Shown here: positions 24,373 to 34,284 of the stretch, piece after piece
How the letters are laid out: each line of letters opens with the position of its first letter
Numbering within the stretch: position 1 is the stretch's first letter
DNA from: Craspedostauros australis
Lineage: Eukaryota
Length of the DNA stretch: 40,030 nt
Assembly (NCBI GenBank): GCA_030167865.1
Contig: JALAGF010003457.1
Location: 1 to 40,030, forward strand
Direction: 5' to 3'
Notes under the pieces: generated by a model
Seen by the model: the letters and a program-made list of their open reading frames with translations, nothing else
Databases searched by the model: none
Told to the model about the DNA's origin: nothing
Position numbers and translations under genes: made by a program

Positions 24373-24444
24373 GTGTGATGTGCTGTATGACGTGCTATAT
24401 GATGTGCCGTATGATGTGCCGTATGATGTGCTGTATGATGCGCT
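24373..24444. repeat. 12-bp minisatellite (GTATGATGTGCY) x6 just upstream of the kinase start codon
   Basis: Six consecutive units with 0-1 mismatch each. Confidence 0.9.
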
Positions 24445-24731
24445 TGCTTTCTCTCTTCCTTTATTTGCTTATTTGCTTGTTTACTTCTTTGTGCCTCTAT
24501 GGCTTTCTCGGTTGGCGCGCGATGCACTTCAAATCCCTCTTCCTTCTCCACCAGATGCTTGCACTGGTCCGGCCTGCTAATACCAGCTCGTACTTGATCT
24601 ACCCTCTACACAAGAAGGCAAGAGCGACCTCGACAACTCGTCAACAGCTTATCCACAACCACCCGAAGCGCAGGTGCATGCATGTCCAAAGGAAAGCCTG
24701 AGTGATGTCAATGTTGTTGCTGCCGCTACTA

Positions 24732-24790
24732 ACGTTGATACTGCTCACGTTGATACTGCTCACGTTGATACTGCTCACGTTGATGCTGCT
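24732..24790. repeat. 15-bp minisatellite (ACGTTGATACTGCTC) about x4
   Basis: Three perfect copies plus one degenerate copy. Confidence 0.9.
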
Positions 24791-26011
24791 GATGCTGTTG
24801 CGGAGACAGATGTCCAAGTTGATGGCTTTCTCTTGTCGGATGCCGAAGTTGTCCACACCCACACCGCACTCCAAACAAACACGGTCCTCGATTTGGCGCA
24901 CAGGATACTTTCCCATCTCCCACGCTGCCGCCGCGAGTTCTCGTTGTTCGCCACCATGTCGATGTTCCTTTTCCTTCTGTGTCGCTGTCGTGGATCACTT
25001 TTTTGCTGTGGTCATCACGATGACTGCCGGATGCAGTTAAACTACCCAAGACTCGCAATCACGAATTCACAATGACCCGGCATGACCGATCTGTGCGACG
25101 CTGTTCGACCAGAAACGTCCGCCACCTCCGCGATGTTGCTTCCCTTGCGTCGGAGTCTGCGCGCGGTTTGCACCTCCTACGTACAATACGATCGGGCTAC
25201 GAACTGCTTGGCGACAGAACATGACAAGAACATGACAAGAACATTGTATTGGTAGTACTTCATTACTATCCTGTCGCAACCCGCTCTGCCACTATTATGG
25301 GAGCACGACGCCATATATCTTCTTGCATCTATCGCATGCCAGGTGATGGACGTCTCTTGCCTTGTTCTTTTGGTTGCAAAGAGTTTCAAGGTAGAGTATG
25401 CATTAGTAGTATACATGCAGAGTAACGAAGGTGGTTGTACTTGAAGTTGTAATGCCCACATTTTACTATCGTTGCGCCGGTGCTGTTGATGACGGTGCTA
25501 GTTGCTTCTCGATTTGGTGCCGTCGTTGGTGGTTAGTTCGCCACTCTTTCACCATATATGCTGCACTCATGTGTGCATGCCGCTCGGATGTTGGAACATC
25601 CACACGGCCCGCGTTGCTCTCGTTCGTGGCGATGGGCGAGATGCCATGGGTGTCGTCGTCGTCATGATGGGCAGATCCGAATTCGAATTCATTGTTACTG
25701 CCTTGGCTGGCAAGTGGTCGCTTTCATGTGGAAGCTGTGACCATCGCTGCCGGCGTTGTGATCGGACGCCACCAAGATTGATGGCGAGGCCACAGCATCG
25801 GACTCCAGCTGCTTGTTCTGCGATCATCTGGTTCACGAACGATGAGCGCTCGTCTTCGATGCGCTGCCGCTTCTCCTTTTCTTTCCACGTTCCCCCCCCC
25901 CAGTAAGTTGGTAGGTCATGTCGTGATCATTGCTGCTCGTCTCGTCCATCCAAGCTGACGAAATCACTCAGTCAGTTGCATTTTGCTCTCCTTCCAAACC
26001 AACAGCCATCG

Positions 26012-27187
26012 TCATTTACAATTCCATCTCCCGCCGTATTCCTCGGTGCGCACATATTCATCAGACACCTCAAGCGGTTCGACCTCCCCAGTCTCGTTTG
26101 CTCCTTCATTGGTTGTGTTTGGCCCTGCGTCATCCTCACCACTACGCACCAGCGACTCTAATGAAATTCGTGCCAAACGCAAACAAAGCTCTTGGTTGCA
26201 AGGAAGGTGACGTAGTTGTTGACACGGGGACTGTTCCCGCAAGCGATGCTCATGATGGGCATGACGAGGTGCTAAGACAAAGTTGAACGGTGGGTCGTAG
26301 CCATCCACGTAAGCCGCAATACTTTCAGCGTTTGATGCGTTGATCTTAGCCTTTTTGCGAAATCGGCTTTCATACGGAAGAACAAGCACCCGCCCCGCCT
26401 TCCTTGATGCCCTGCACCAGGAACTTCTCGAAGACCATGTGATGATGAGTGATGGCCCTCACGAAGTTTAACATTCACCTGCTTCGTCGAGTGCCATGCC
26501 AATGCGAAGGATCTGATTTTGGGGGGATATACTGCGTTCTTGCTCACGCCTTCCAACGCTCTCTCGACGTTATCAAATAGAATAGCTCTTTGTGCTTGTG
26601 GTAGATGGCGTCGACAGCACCGCAGAGCGCCTCGAGGGCATCCATCTGCAGGCGCGCTTTGATGACCTGAGGCTTTGTGGGAGCACTCCACTTCGATTCT
26701 AATTTGTCTGAATCGATCGGAAGCAAAAGCAGGTTGTCACCAGGTGGTACGATGATGGTGAAGAGGGCATCTCGAGTGTGCGAGCTTGCAGCCAGCTCGA
26801 CGGTCTTTCCGCTTCCGCTATCGGGGTGGTGTACTAGCACCTTATTCTTCTTGTCGCGTGTGATGTGCAATAGTACGATCTCTTATTGTGCAAGATGTGT
26901 CATTGACTGTAACTGCTCCGTTGTCCTCAAACAGATGTAGTCGTATGGTCGCCTTGCCTTTGTGTTCTTCGCCATGGCGCGCAAATGGCCAAACACGATT
27001 GAAGTTTCGTTTCATTCGTGAGACCGCTCCCTGTTCGTGGCTCTGGATGCACATCGTGCTCGTTGTCGTATCTCCAACGTAGCACGTGACGAAGGCCGAG
27101 CAGGGCAATGTTGTTGGCTGACAAAGCTGCTTCCTCTACTCGTATCTCATGTAACAGAGTATAGTCGATGCAGAGAGTTCTGGGCAT
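26012..27187 (-). pseudogene. Decayed P-loop NTPase gene, possibly Crinkler/RHS-type; boundaries approximate
   Basis: Walker A-like KVLVHHPD-SGSGKT (SGSGKT at 26819-26802). About 110 codons later, in another frame, a Walker B-like LRIGMALDEAGEC (26509-26471), followed in a further frame by NFVRAI. In-frame TAA at 26885-26883 and at least four frame changes. Confidence 0.6.
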
Positions 27188-27354
27188 GACTACGTCTCTC
27201 TATTCGCACGCTGCTCCAGTGAACTTCATGAACAAAGTATTGGTATGACGTTGTTTCCTTGCTCTTTAGAATAGTTTGGATTTGCCTTGCCGTGAATCTC
27301 TGCACGCCATTGCCTCAGCACAATTGACGACAACGACCCAAACAATCCATTGTC

Positions 27355-29709
27355 TCACGACGACGAGAAGAATCTTCGGACCTTCTTGTCGGGCGTGGTG
27401 GCCTCGTTGGTGGTGGAGACATCTGGGACGGGCGACATGGGCGCCATGGAACTCGAGTTGCTCGATCGTCGGTTGCTCAGCTTCTTGATCAGCTTCATGG
27501 GTCGGAACTTCTTCGTCTTGCTCGGGCTCACTAGCGTCGAGAGGCCGGCTCGTTGTTGTTGCTGCTGTTGTTGCTGCTGTAGTTGCTGCGTGCTAGCGAC
27601 GTCGCTGGTGTGGAGATGGGAGCTGGAATGATCCTGGTCGGAAACGTCCTCATTCGTGGTCGTGTCTTTCTCGTTGCTCGCGCCGCCGCCGTTATTGGAG
27701 GGAGTGACTTGCAACGACGGCGAGGCGAGGGCCGTCAAGTTGCTGCGCGATGTCGGCGGCGTCATGAAGCCACCGGAATGCTCCGTGTCCTGCTGCTCAT
27801 CATCGACCGGGGAGGGCTTGGAGTCCGTGTTGTGAATGCTGGACATTTCGTCGTCCGTGCTGGATTGCGCTTTGTACCTGCGCTTGGAGGAACGCATCTT
27901 TTTCCTGTAGGCCTGCAGTTCGTGCAACGTGAGGCCGACCCTGTCCTTCTTGAGGGAGACGGCGGAGCGCTCCTCGCCCACTAGCCACATATGGGTGGGA
28001 CCCAGCCCGCAGGCCCGGATGTTGTATTTGGAGACGCAGTCCACGCGCGTGGGAAGGCCTATATTGTGCGACGAGTCGAAGGTTTGGAATTCCTTCATGC
28101 GCGAGGATGAGCTGCGGCTTGACGATGACGAAGAGGATGGCGGCATTGGGTTGGAGGGGTCAAGGACCGTGAGCGCGGACTGCGGTGGTTTGAAGAGCCC
28201 GAGTGTGCCGGCATCGTTGCAGCCCCACGCGTAGATATGTCCCGACGAGCTGGTCGCGACGGAGTAGTTGGAAGCTGCCTGCACCTTGACGACCTTGGGC
28301 ACCTGCGACAGGGCGTGCGTGTGCGTGGATGAGGAGAGGGGTGATACGGTGTTCGTGGCGGACGATGGCTGCGGATTGGCGTCCGTTCCGCTGGTGCGAG
28401 TTAAGCCCATGTTGGCCTCGATGGCGACGAAGTCGAGATCGTCGACGAGCCTGGGTTTGGGATTGGCGAGGAGGCACTTGCCGAGACCGAGCTGACCTTC
28501 GACGTTGCTGCCCCACGTGATGACGCGGCCACCGCCAGTGAGCGCAAGGGAATGCATCTCGCCTGCCGCGATGTCCACGATGGTGACCTTCTGCAGGGCC
28601 TCCACCTGCCTCGGTGGCGCGATGCCGCACTTGCGCTTGGAGGTGATCGTCCCGCTGCACTGTCCGTAGCTGGAGGAACCCCAGCAATACACCGCGCCCT
28701 TCTCGTCGAGCGCCACGGAATGCGCCCTGCCTCCGGCCACCTTGACGATCTTGCCCTTCGAACCTAGGTTGGGTACCATCTGCGGCATGAGCAGCGTCGG
28801 CGGTGGGTTCTTGGAGGATATTTCGCTTGGCTGGGCATCCCCCGAGCGTTTGCGGCCGCACTGGTAGTTGCGATTGCACCCCCAGGCCCAGACCTGCCCC
28901 TCCTCGTTGGTTGCCAGGGCGTGCCAGTTGCCGGCCGCCACGGAGGTGACGGGAGAGCCGATCGCCTGCGGGAGGAGGCCCTGGATGACTGTCGGACGTT
29001 CCACGAGAGCCTGCGCATCGCCCAGACCCAGCTGACCGAAGTGACCCGCACCCCAGCTGACGACCGCCAACCCTCCTTCCATCCTCCCCACACAGAAATG
29101 TCGGCCGGCCGCAATTTGCACACACTTCAACGGGAGCTGGACGACCGTGCGGGTGGGCGATGGGTATATCCTGCCGCTCATCGTTCCGGCTGTGTAGATC
29201 TTTCCGCTTTCGGTGAGGAATATGGAGGAGGTCGGACCGCATTCCACCTGGCAGACGGGATCCTGGTCCTCGTGCCATGGGGCTTCCATGCCAGGAAGCG
29301 CAGTTGTAATCGCATCAGCAGTGGGAGTAGTGGAAGCAGTTGTTGAAGTTGCAGTTGAAGTTGCAGGAGCGGCCTTGGCCGAAGACACCTCCTCCTTCTC
29401 TTCACTGGAAGCGGATGCAAAGACGTAGGTGGAGATGAGCTTGTTGGGTGTTCGTGCGGCTGCGTCTTCCTTCGCTTCTTCCGCCGCCGCGGCCACTTCC
29501 ACAGCAGAGATGGCAGCCGTAGCGGTTGCATTGGTATCCACTTCCGACTCATCCACCGAGAAGGACTTGTCGCTGGCGTCCATGCCCACAGAGGTCTCCT
29601 GCAGCTGCAGCTGATGCAGAAGCTTGGTCGTTGCGGCTCCGCCCATGTTCTTGTGGAAGTTGGGCCCGAAGCCAAATGCCACGGACCGAGGTTGCCTCGT
29701 TGGCGCCAT
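27355..29709 (-). CDS. RCC1-like repeat (RCC1/BLIP-II) beta-propeller protein, 784 aa
   Basis: Single ORF with repeated units: IAAGRHFCV..VVSWGAGHFGQLG, VAAGNWHALA..VWAWGCNRNYQCG, VAGGRAHSVAL..VYCWGSSSYGQC, IAAGEMHSLAL..VITWGSNVEGQLG, IYAWGCNDAGTLG. Confidence 0.92.
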   Translation of the reverse strand: MAPTRQPRSVAFGFGPNFHKNMGGAATTKLLHQLQLQETSVGMDASDKSFSVDESEVDTNATATAAISAVEVAAAAEEAKEDAAARTPNKLISTYVFASASSEEKEEVSSAKAAPATSTATSTTASTTPTADAITTALPGMEAPWHEDQDPVCQVECGPTSSIFLTESGKIYTAGTMSGRIYPSPTRTVVQLPLKCVQIAAGRHFCVGRMEGGLAVVSWGAGHFGQLGLGDAQALVERPTVIQGLLPQAIGSPVTSVAAGNWHALATNEEGQVWAWGCNRNYQCGRKRSGDAQPSEISSKNPPPTLLMPQMVPNLGSKGKIVKVAGGRAHSVALDEKGAVYCWGSSSYGQCSGTITSKRKCGIAPPRQVEALQKVTIVDIAAGEMHSLALTGGGRVITWGSNVEGQLGLGKCLLANPKPRLVDDLDFVAIEANMGLTRTSGTDANPQPSSATNTVSPLSSSTHTHALSQVPKVVKVQAASNYSVATSSSGHIYAWGCNDAGTLGLFKPPQSALTVLDPSNPMPPSSSSSSSRSSSSRMKEFQTFDSSHNIGLPTRVDCVSKYNIRACGLGPTHMWLVGEERSAVSLKKDRVGLTLHELQAYRKKMRSSKRRYKAQSSTDDEMSSIHNTDSKPSPVDDEQQDTEHSGGFMTPPTSRSNLTALASPSLQVTPSNNGGGASNEKDTTTNEDVSDQDHSSSHLHTSDVASTQQLQQQQQQQQQRAGLSTLVSPSKTKKFRPMKLIKKLSNRRSSNSSSMAPMSPVPDVSTTNEATTPDKKVRRFFSSS

Positions 29710-31039
29710 GTTGTGTTGTTCGACTGCTGATGTAATAGCTGATGTACTAGCTGCTGCTTGTGGGTGTTGCTCCTGTCAATAAGTATCGAGTCAACCAATG
29801 AACCCAGCGCTCTCCGAATGCGCCGCAATCGATTCCTCAATGAACTCTCAATGAGCGAATGCGACAGAGTCCTCCAACCGTCTCCAACTGTCCTCAATCG
29901 AGTCCGATGCGTCGCTCCAAAGCAATCGCCGATCAAGACAAGTGGATGGCCTGTGGCTGTTGAGGCTGCCTCCGGAGTCCTGGGAAGTCTCGAGTGCGGA
30001 TGGAGTGGAGTTTGCAGAATGCCTTGCTATTCTATTATAGAATATAATATAATAGTATGCTCTGCCAATGCTCATCGAGTTCCAATGCAATGCCGCAATG
30101 CCGCAATGTCGCACTGCTGCACTGTTGTGATGGTGGTGCCAAGGTCGTTGTCTGTCGGTCGCAGGTATTATATTAAATAATACGATCTAATGATCGAGGA
30201 CTCTGCTCTGGCTCTGGCTCTTCTCCGATCTATTCGTATAATAGTGTTATATGTTATATGATATGTGTGGTGTGGTGTGGTGTGGACTTGGATGTTGTAC
30301 GAGCTGCTCGGCACAAGCAGTCTCTCCACCGATACTCGTCCGACCTCCCAACAAGCACAATAACGATGACATGCACAAACAGACCCTGACTTTGGCTTCT
30401 GCTCCTGGTTCCGCTGTCTTCGGCATTTGGCAAGGACATTCTCTGTCTTGGCTCACCTTCGTCAGCGTTGGGCATTCATTTTTCGTTCCTCTTTTCTCGC
30501 AACACTGTACTACTGCGAATGCGTACTGTTTTGTGCTGTGTGTGTCCTCATCGCGTTTATGGTCCTGTGGTGTTGGGGCGAATTTCGGGTAGTTTGACCA
30601 ATGCGACTATTTTCTGTTCATTGAAACGGTGGGGTGGACAGACGGTGAGGCTGGAACAAGCTCACATCCGCGCGAAGTGGGGTGGAGCGTTCGTTGCCTG
30701 CAGCGGATCACGACCTGTACCCCAGTAATCGTGCTATTATGCGAGCTATGCACCACCAGGAGAGAAGAGCATGGGTGGGCGGCTGCCTTCATGGAGTATG
30801 CTCTTCATTCTCAAAATGTGTCTATGGTATTGCTACTGTATCTCTTTCTCTATTGTGGCGAGAGGCAAAGTGCTCGCATTCTCTGCTACCATCTCTCTTT
30901 CTCTTTGTGTCTTCCTGCGCGTGCTTGTCTATCTGTCGATCCATTATGGCTCACCTCGCTTCTCCTCACTTCTCTTTCGTGAGCAACTCTTCTACTCGTA
31001 CGAGCTACCGCGCTCGTATGTACGGCACCCGGCCAGCGT

Positions 31040-31981
31040 TCATAATCGCAAAGTCTCCAGCACTTCATCCAGCACATCGCCAAGATCTGCGGAATCGTTC
31101 CACTCGGTTGGCTGTGCGGTCTCATGCGTGCCGGTGCATCCCCAGCTTTCTGGAAGGCCGGAGCCCTGGGAGGTCCGCTTCGTCTTCGTCTTGTCATCCC
31201 GCTCTGCCGTATAGCGCGGCATGGACGTACGCGTCGGCCCGTACACCTGCTGCCACTGCCGGATCTCCCAATGCAGCTTCGAGTTCGTGATGACGCCGGA
31301 CGGTGCCAGCGGCTTCCGCGTCACGGGACACACGCAACCGACGGCCTGCAGCTTGGCCAGAATGGCGGCGCGTTCGTAGTTCACGCCGGTCTTCGTCATG
31401 ACGGGGTCCTTCATGGCGCGGCGGGTCAAAGGGCAAATGAAGCGGTCTGGTACGATGGTGATCTGTGCCATGCCCAGGCGCTTGGTGATGCACTCCATCA
31501 TGTCGTGCTTGTCATCGGCAGCGGCGGTATCGCTATTGTTCTTTTCATCGAGGCCTGTGAGGCCAAAGTCGGCGGAGTATTCAGCGACGTCAAGCTTGAG
31601 GCCGTTGACGGGACTCTTGCTGGATGGCCCCTTGCTGCCGTTGTTGGTGTCAGGGTTGCTTTTGTTGCCGTTGCTGCTGACGTCGCATCCCGCCGCTTGC
31701 ATTTGCCATGTGCGGATCATGAGCCGAAGTCTCTTGTCGGTGATGAGGTTGGATTGGCGCAGCGGCTTGCGGGTCACGGGGCAGAACATGTTCCCCTCAT
31801 CCAGCCACTGCAGGATGGCGGAGCGCTCGAAGTGCGTTCCGTATCGGCTCATCAACGGATCCTTCATGATCTTCTTGGTCAACGGACACAGGAATTGCGA
31901 CGGTGTCGGCACGGGTGTCCGTGTGTTGACATGCGGCCTCGTCTGCGTCTGCGTCTGCGTCTTTGTGTGGGTTGATGTCAT
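31040..31981 (-). CDS. Twin U-box domain protein (putative E3 ubiquitin ligase), paralog A, 313 aa
   Basis: Two U-boxes: PSQFLCPLTKKIMKDPLMSRYGTHFERSAILQWL..CPVTRKPL and PDRFICPLTRRAMKDPVMTKTGVNYERAAIL..CPVTRKPL..NSKL..EIRQW. Confidence 0.92.
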   Translation of the reverse strand: MTSTHTKTQTQTQTRPHVNTRTPVPTPSQFLCPLTKKIMKDPLMSRYGTHFERSAILQWLDEGNMFCPVTRKPLRQSNLITDKRLRLMIRTWQMQAAGCDVSSNGNKSNPDTNNGSKGPSSKSPVNGLKLDVAEYSADFGLTGLDEKNNSDTAAADDKHDMMECITKRLGMAQITIVPDRFICPLTRRAMKDPVMTKTGVNYERAAILAKLQAVGCVCPVTRKPLAPSGVITNSKLHWEIRQWQQVYGPTRTSMPRYTAERDDKTKTKRTSQGSGLPESWGCTGTHETAQPTEWNDSADLGDVLDEVLETLRL

Positions 31982-32828
31982 GGTTGCGTTGAATTGAATT
32001 GAATTGAAATGTTGGTTTGGTAGAGTGAGTTCTGTTGCAGTCGCGAAGAAATGTGAAATTGTGAGACTATCTTCACATACTCGGGCGATGTGGCCACGGC
32101 TCCAAGAGAACGGCTACGAGTGTGTAGACACCAGGAGAGAATCGAAGAGTTGCGGGGACGGGAGTGGGCGCCCTTCTTGGGTGGGTGTCAAAGATGTGAC
32201 CTTGGTGTCGTTGGTCTTCGTCGTTTGCCAGACACGCAATGCTTGTGGTCGTATGTTGTGTGGACGATCTGCGGAATCCGTGGCCGTGTCGATTTTGTGG
32301 CATCGTGTCATGCCAATCGCACGTCATCATCATTCTTTGTGCCACTCAAAAGTCTCTTGGGGCTTGTCGCAGCGACGAGCCTGTCATTCTGACTTTTAGG
32401 TCACATTATTACGATCAGCCAAATCGACAACACACCGAGGAAGAGACCCACGAGTACTCTGAGGGAGGAAGGAAACAACAAGGAAGTAGCGAAAGGTGAC
32501 AAAGAGGAGCACCATAGATGTTGGAAATCCTTGTGGTGGACGATGCCGGCGTTGTGGTGGTTGATCGGATCTCTTTCGACTGATTCGCACGTTCCCCTCT
32601 TGACTCTTCTCACCCAACTCGTCAAGGGTTTCATGAGTACGACTATGAGACGACACGTGCGCAATGGCCAAAGTGCTAATGATCTTCTCCTCTCCGCGCA
32701 CGTGGAGACGAAGACACATGCCACTCTGTCATCATTCCATGCAAATCCCGTTGGAGTACTTCATAGAGTAGTCGTACTCGTAGATGCTGTCCATATATGT
32801 TGCCGATATATGCATGTACACAGGTTGA

Positions 32829-32870
32829 TTGATGTTGATGATGATGATGATGAGGAGGAGGAGGAGGAGA
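32829..32870. repeat. Compound (GAT)n(GAG)n microsatellite
   Basis: A gatgatgat... run directly followed by a gaggaggag... run. Confidence 0.85.
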
Positions 32871-34284
32871 GATCTCAGAAAAATTCCCGCCAATCACCGT
32901 CACAACAGTCAATCACACTCCTACATCATCGTATCAATGATGTTCCATTCCCTGGTTCTGCGACAGCAAGGTGAGAGTGGTTGCGCAACCGGGCCTTCTT
33001 CCTGTCAACTCCAACGAGTACCATTGTTCGTATTTGTACGAAATATGAACTTGCTCTCTCGCACAACAAGACATTACGTTCATTGATTCGAGTGGTTAGT
33101 CTGTATTGCTTGCGCTAGAGTGCAATGCGCACTTCCTGCTGGGACGGAGCAATGCGTCGTCTGGCGCCATCATGTGTAGGAGACTGGCTACTCGCCGCCT
33201 CCCTCTCAACCACAGACTTCTTTTTCCACGAGGCTCATCCTCACTGTGATGGCGGAGAAGGCCGGGAGGGGCGAGTGTTCATTCGATCGTGAACATTTAT
33301 CTTACGAGGACTCCACGAGTACGAGGAGTTCCACCCATACCCCATTGTTGGACTATTTGCCTCATATGTAAGAATACCAAATATATATCGCACTTACGTA
33401 TAACACCATTCTCTGCCTGAATTCCGTCCAGCGCAATGCCGGGCGAGAGTAGAAGCCCAAGGACTTCTGTGGCTCCAAGCGTTGTACGACAACATTCATC
33501 CTTGCGTGGTCTTCCGGTTTGGCATCGGCATCGGTTTCATCCATGGTGTCACACGAAGCGATACGGTCTTTTGCGAAATCGAATAGCATGTCGGTAGCCA
33601 TGGGTAGCGGACGCACAACTCGTAGTAGACTTCGAGCTACTCTGCGTTCGCCAGTACTACGAGTCTTCTGGTGCCATACGACTACCAGACCCACGATCAT
33701 CGGAACGTAGCAGCCGAACGCCGACGGAGCAGAGCGAAACATTCCTCCTTTCATTGGTTCCTGTTCTGGAGACATGAACGAAACCGTGCCCTTCCTCCAA
33801 CGATGAACTATTTGTGCTCGGCAGTCTTGCATTAGAATATTAGATGCTGCACTGTTGCGACACAAGCGCAAGAGAGCGCTTCTTCTTTGCCGTAGTAGTA
33901 TGGTACAGGTGGCAAATGGAGCAGAGTAGAGTAGAACGAAGTAGAGTATAGTGGGTCACAGCAGAGAAGTCTCCACTTGAATCGAAGGAAGGTCAACCTT
34001 CGGTTCGTCCCATGGAGCTGGCTTTTGGTCGGACAGACTTCGCATTGAGTGGCAATCCATGATGTGTAATTGGCGTGCGATCTACGAATGGGCTCGAGGC
34101 GAGTTGTTGCTGCAGTATCGTACTAATATGATAAAGTCTATTTCTTATGATGCATTGTAGGTCTACATTGGGCTGGAGGGACCAGGTCTCTATTGTGTCT
34201 GTGGATGTGAGAAGAGGAGATCCTTCACTCGCGTTTGCAATTTGTGCTGTGCTGCGCAGACGGATACGGACGGGACTTTGCGCT

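Noticed and set aside
24373..24790. Short repeat arrays as CRISPR-like
   Set aside because: They are head-to-tail repeats without spacers, in eukaryotic DNA with no cas genes.
26470..26545. YPPKIRSFALAWH resembling a P-element/THAP9 transposase segment
   Set aside because: The overlapping frame gives a better Walker B motif consistent with the upstream Walker A; no DDE region or terminal inverted repeats were seen.
27355..29709. RCC1-repeat protein as a UVR8 photoreceptor or HERC ligase
   Set aside because: It lacks the GWRHT tryptophan motifs of UVR8 and has no HECT domain.
33362..33871. 169-aa minus-strand ORF between the U-box genes
   Set aside because: Non-ATG start, no domain and no clear codon bias; cannot be supported.
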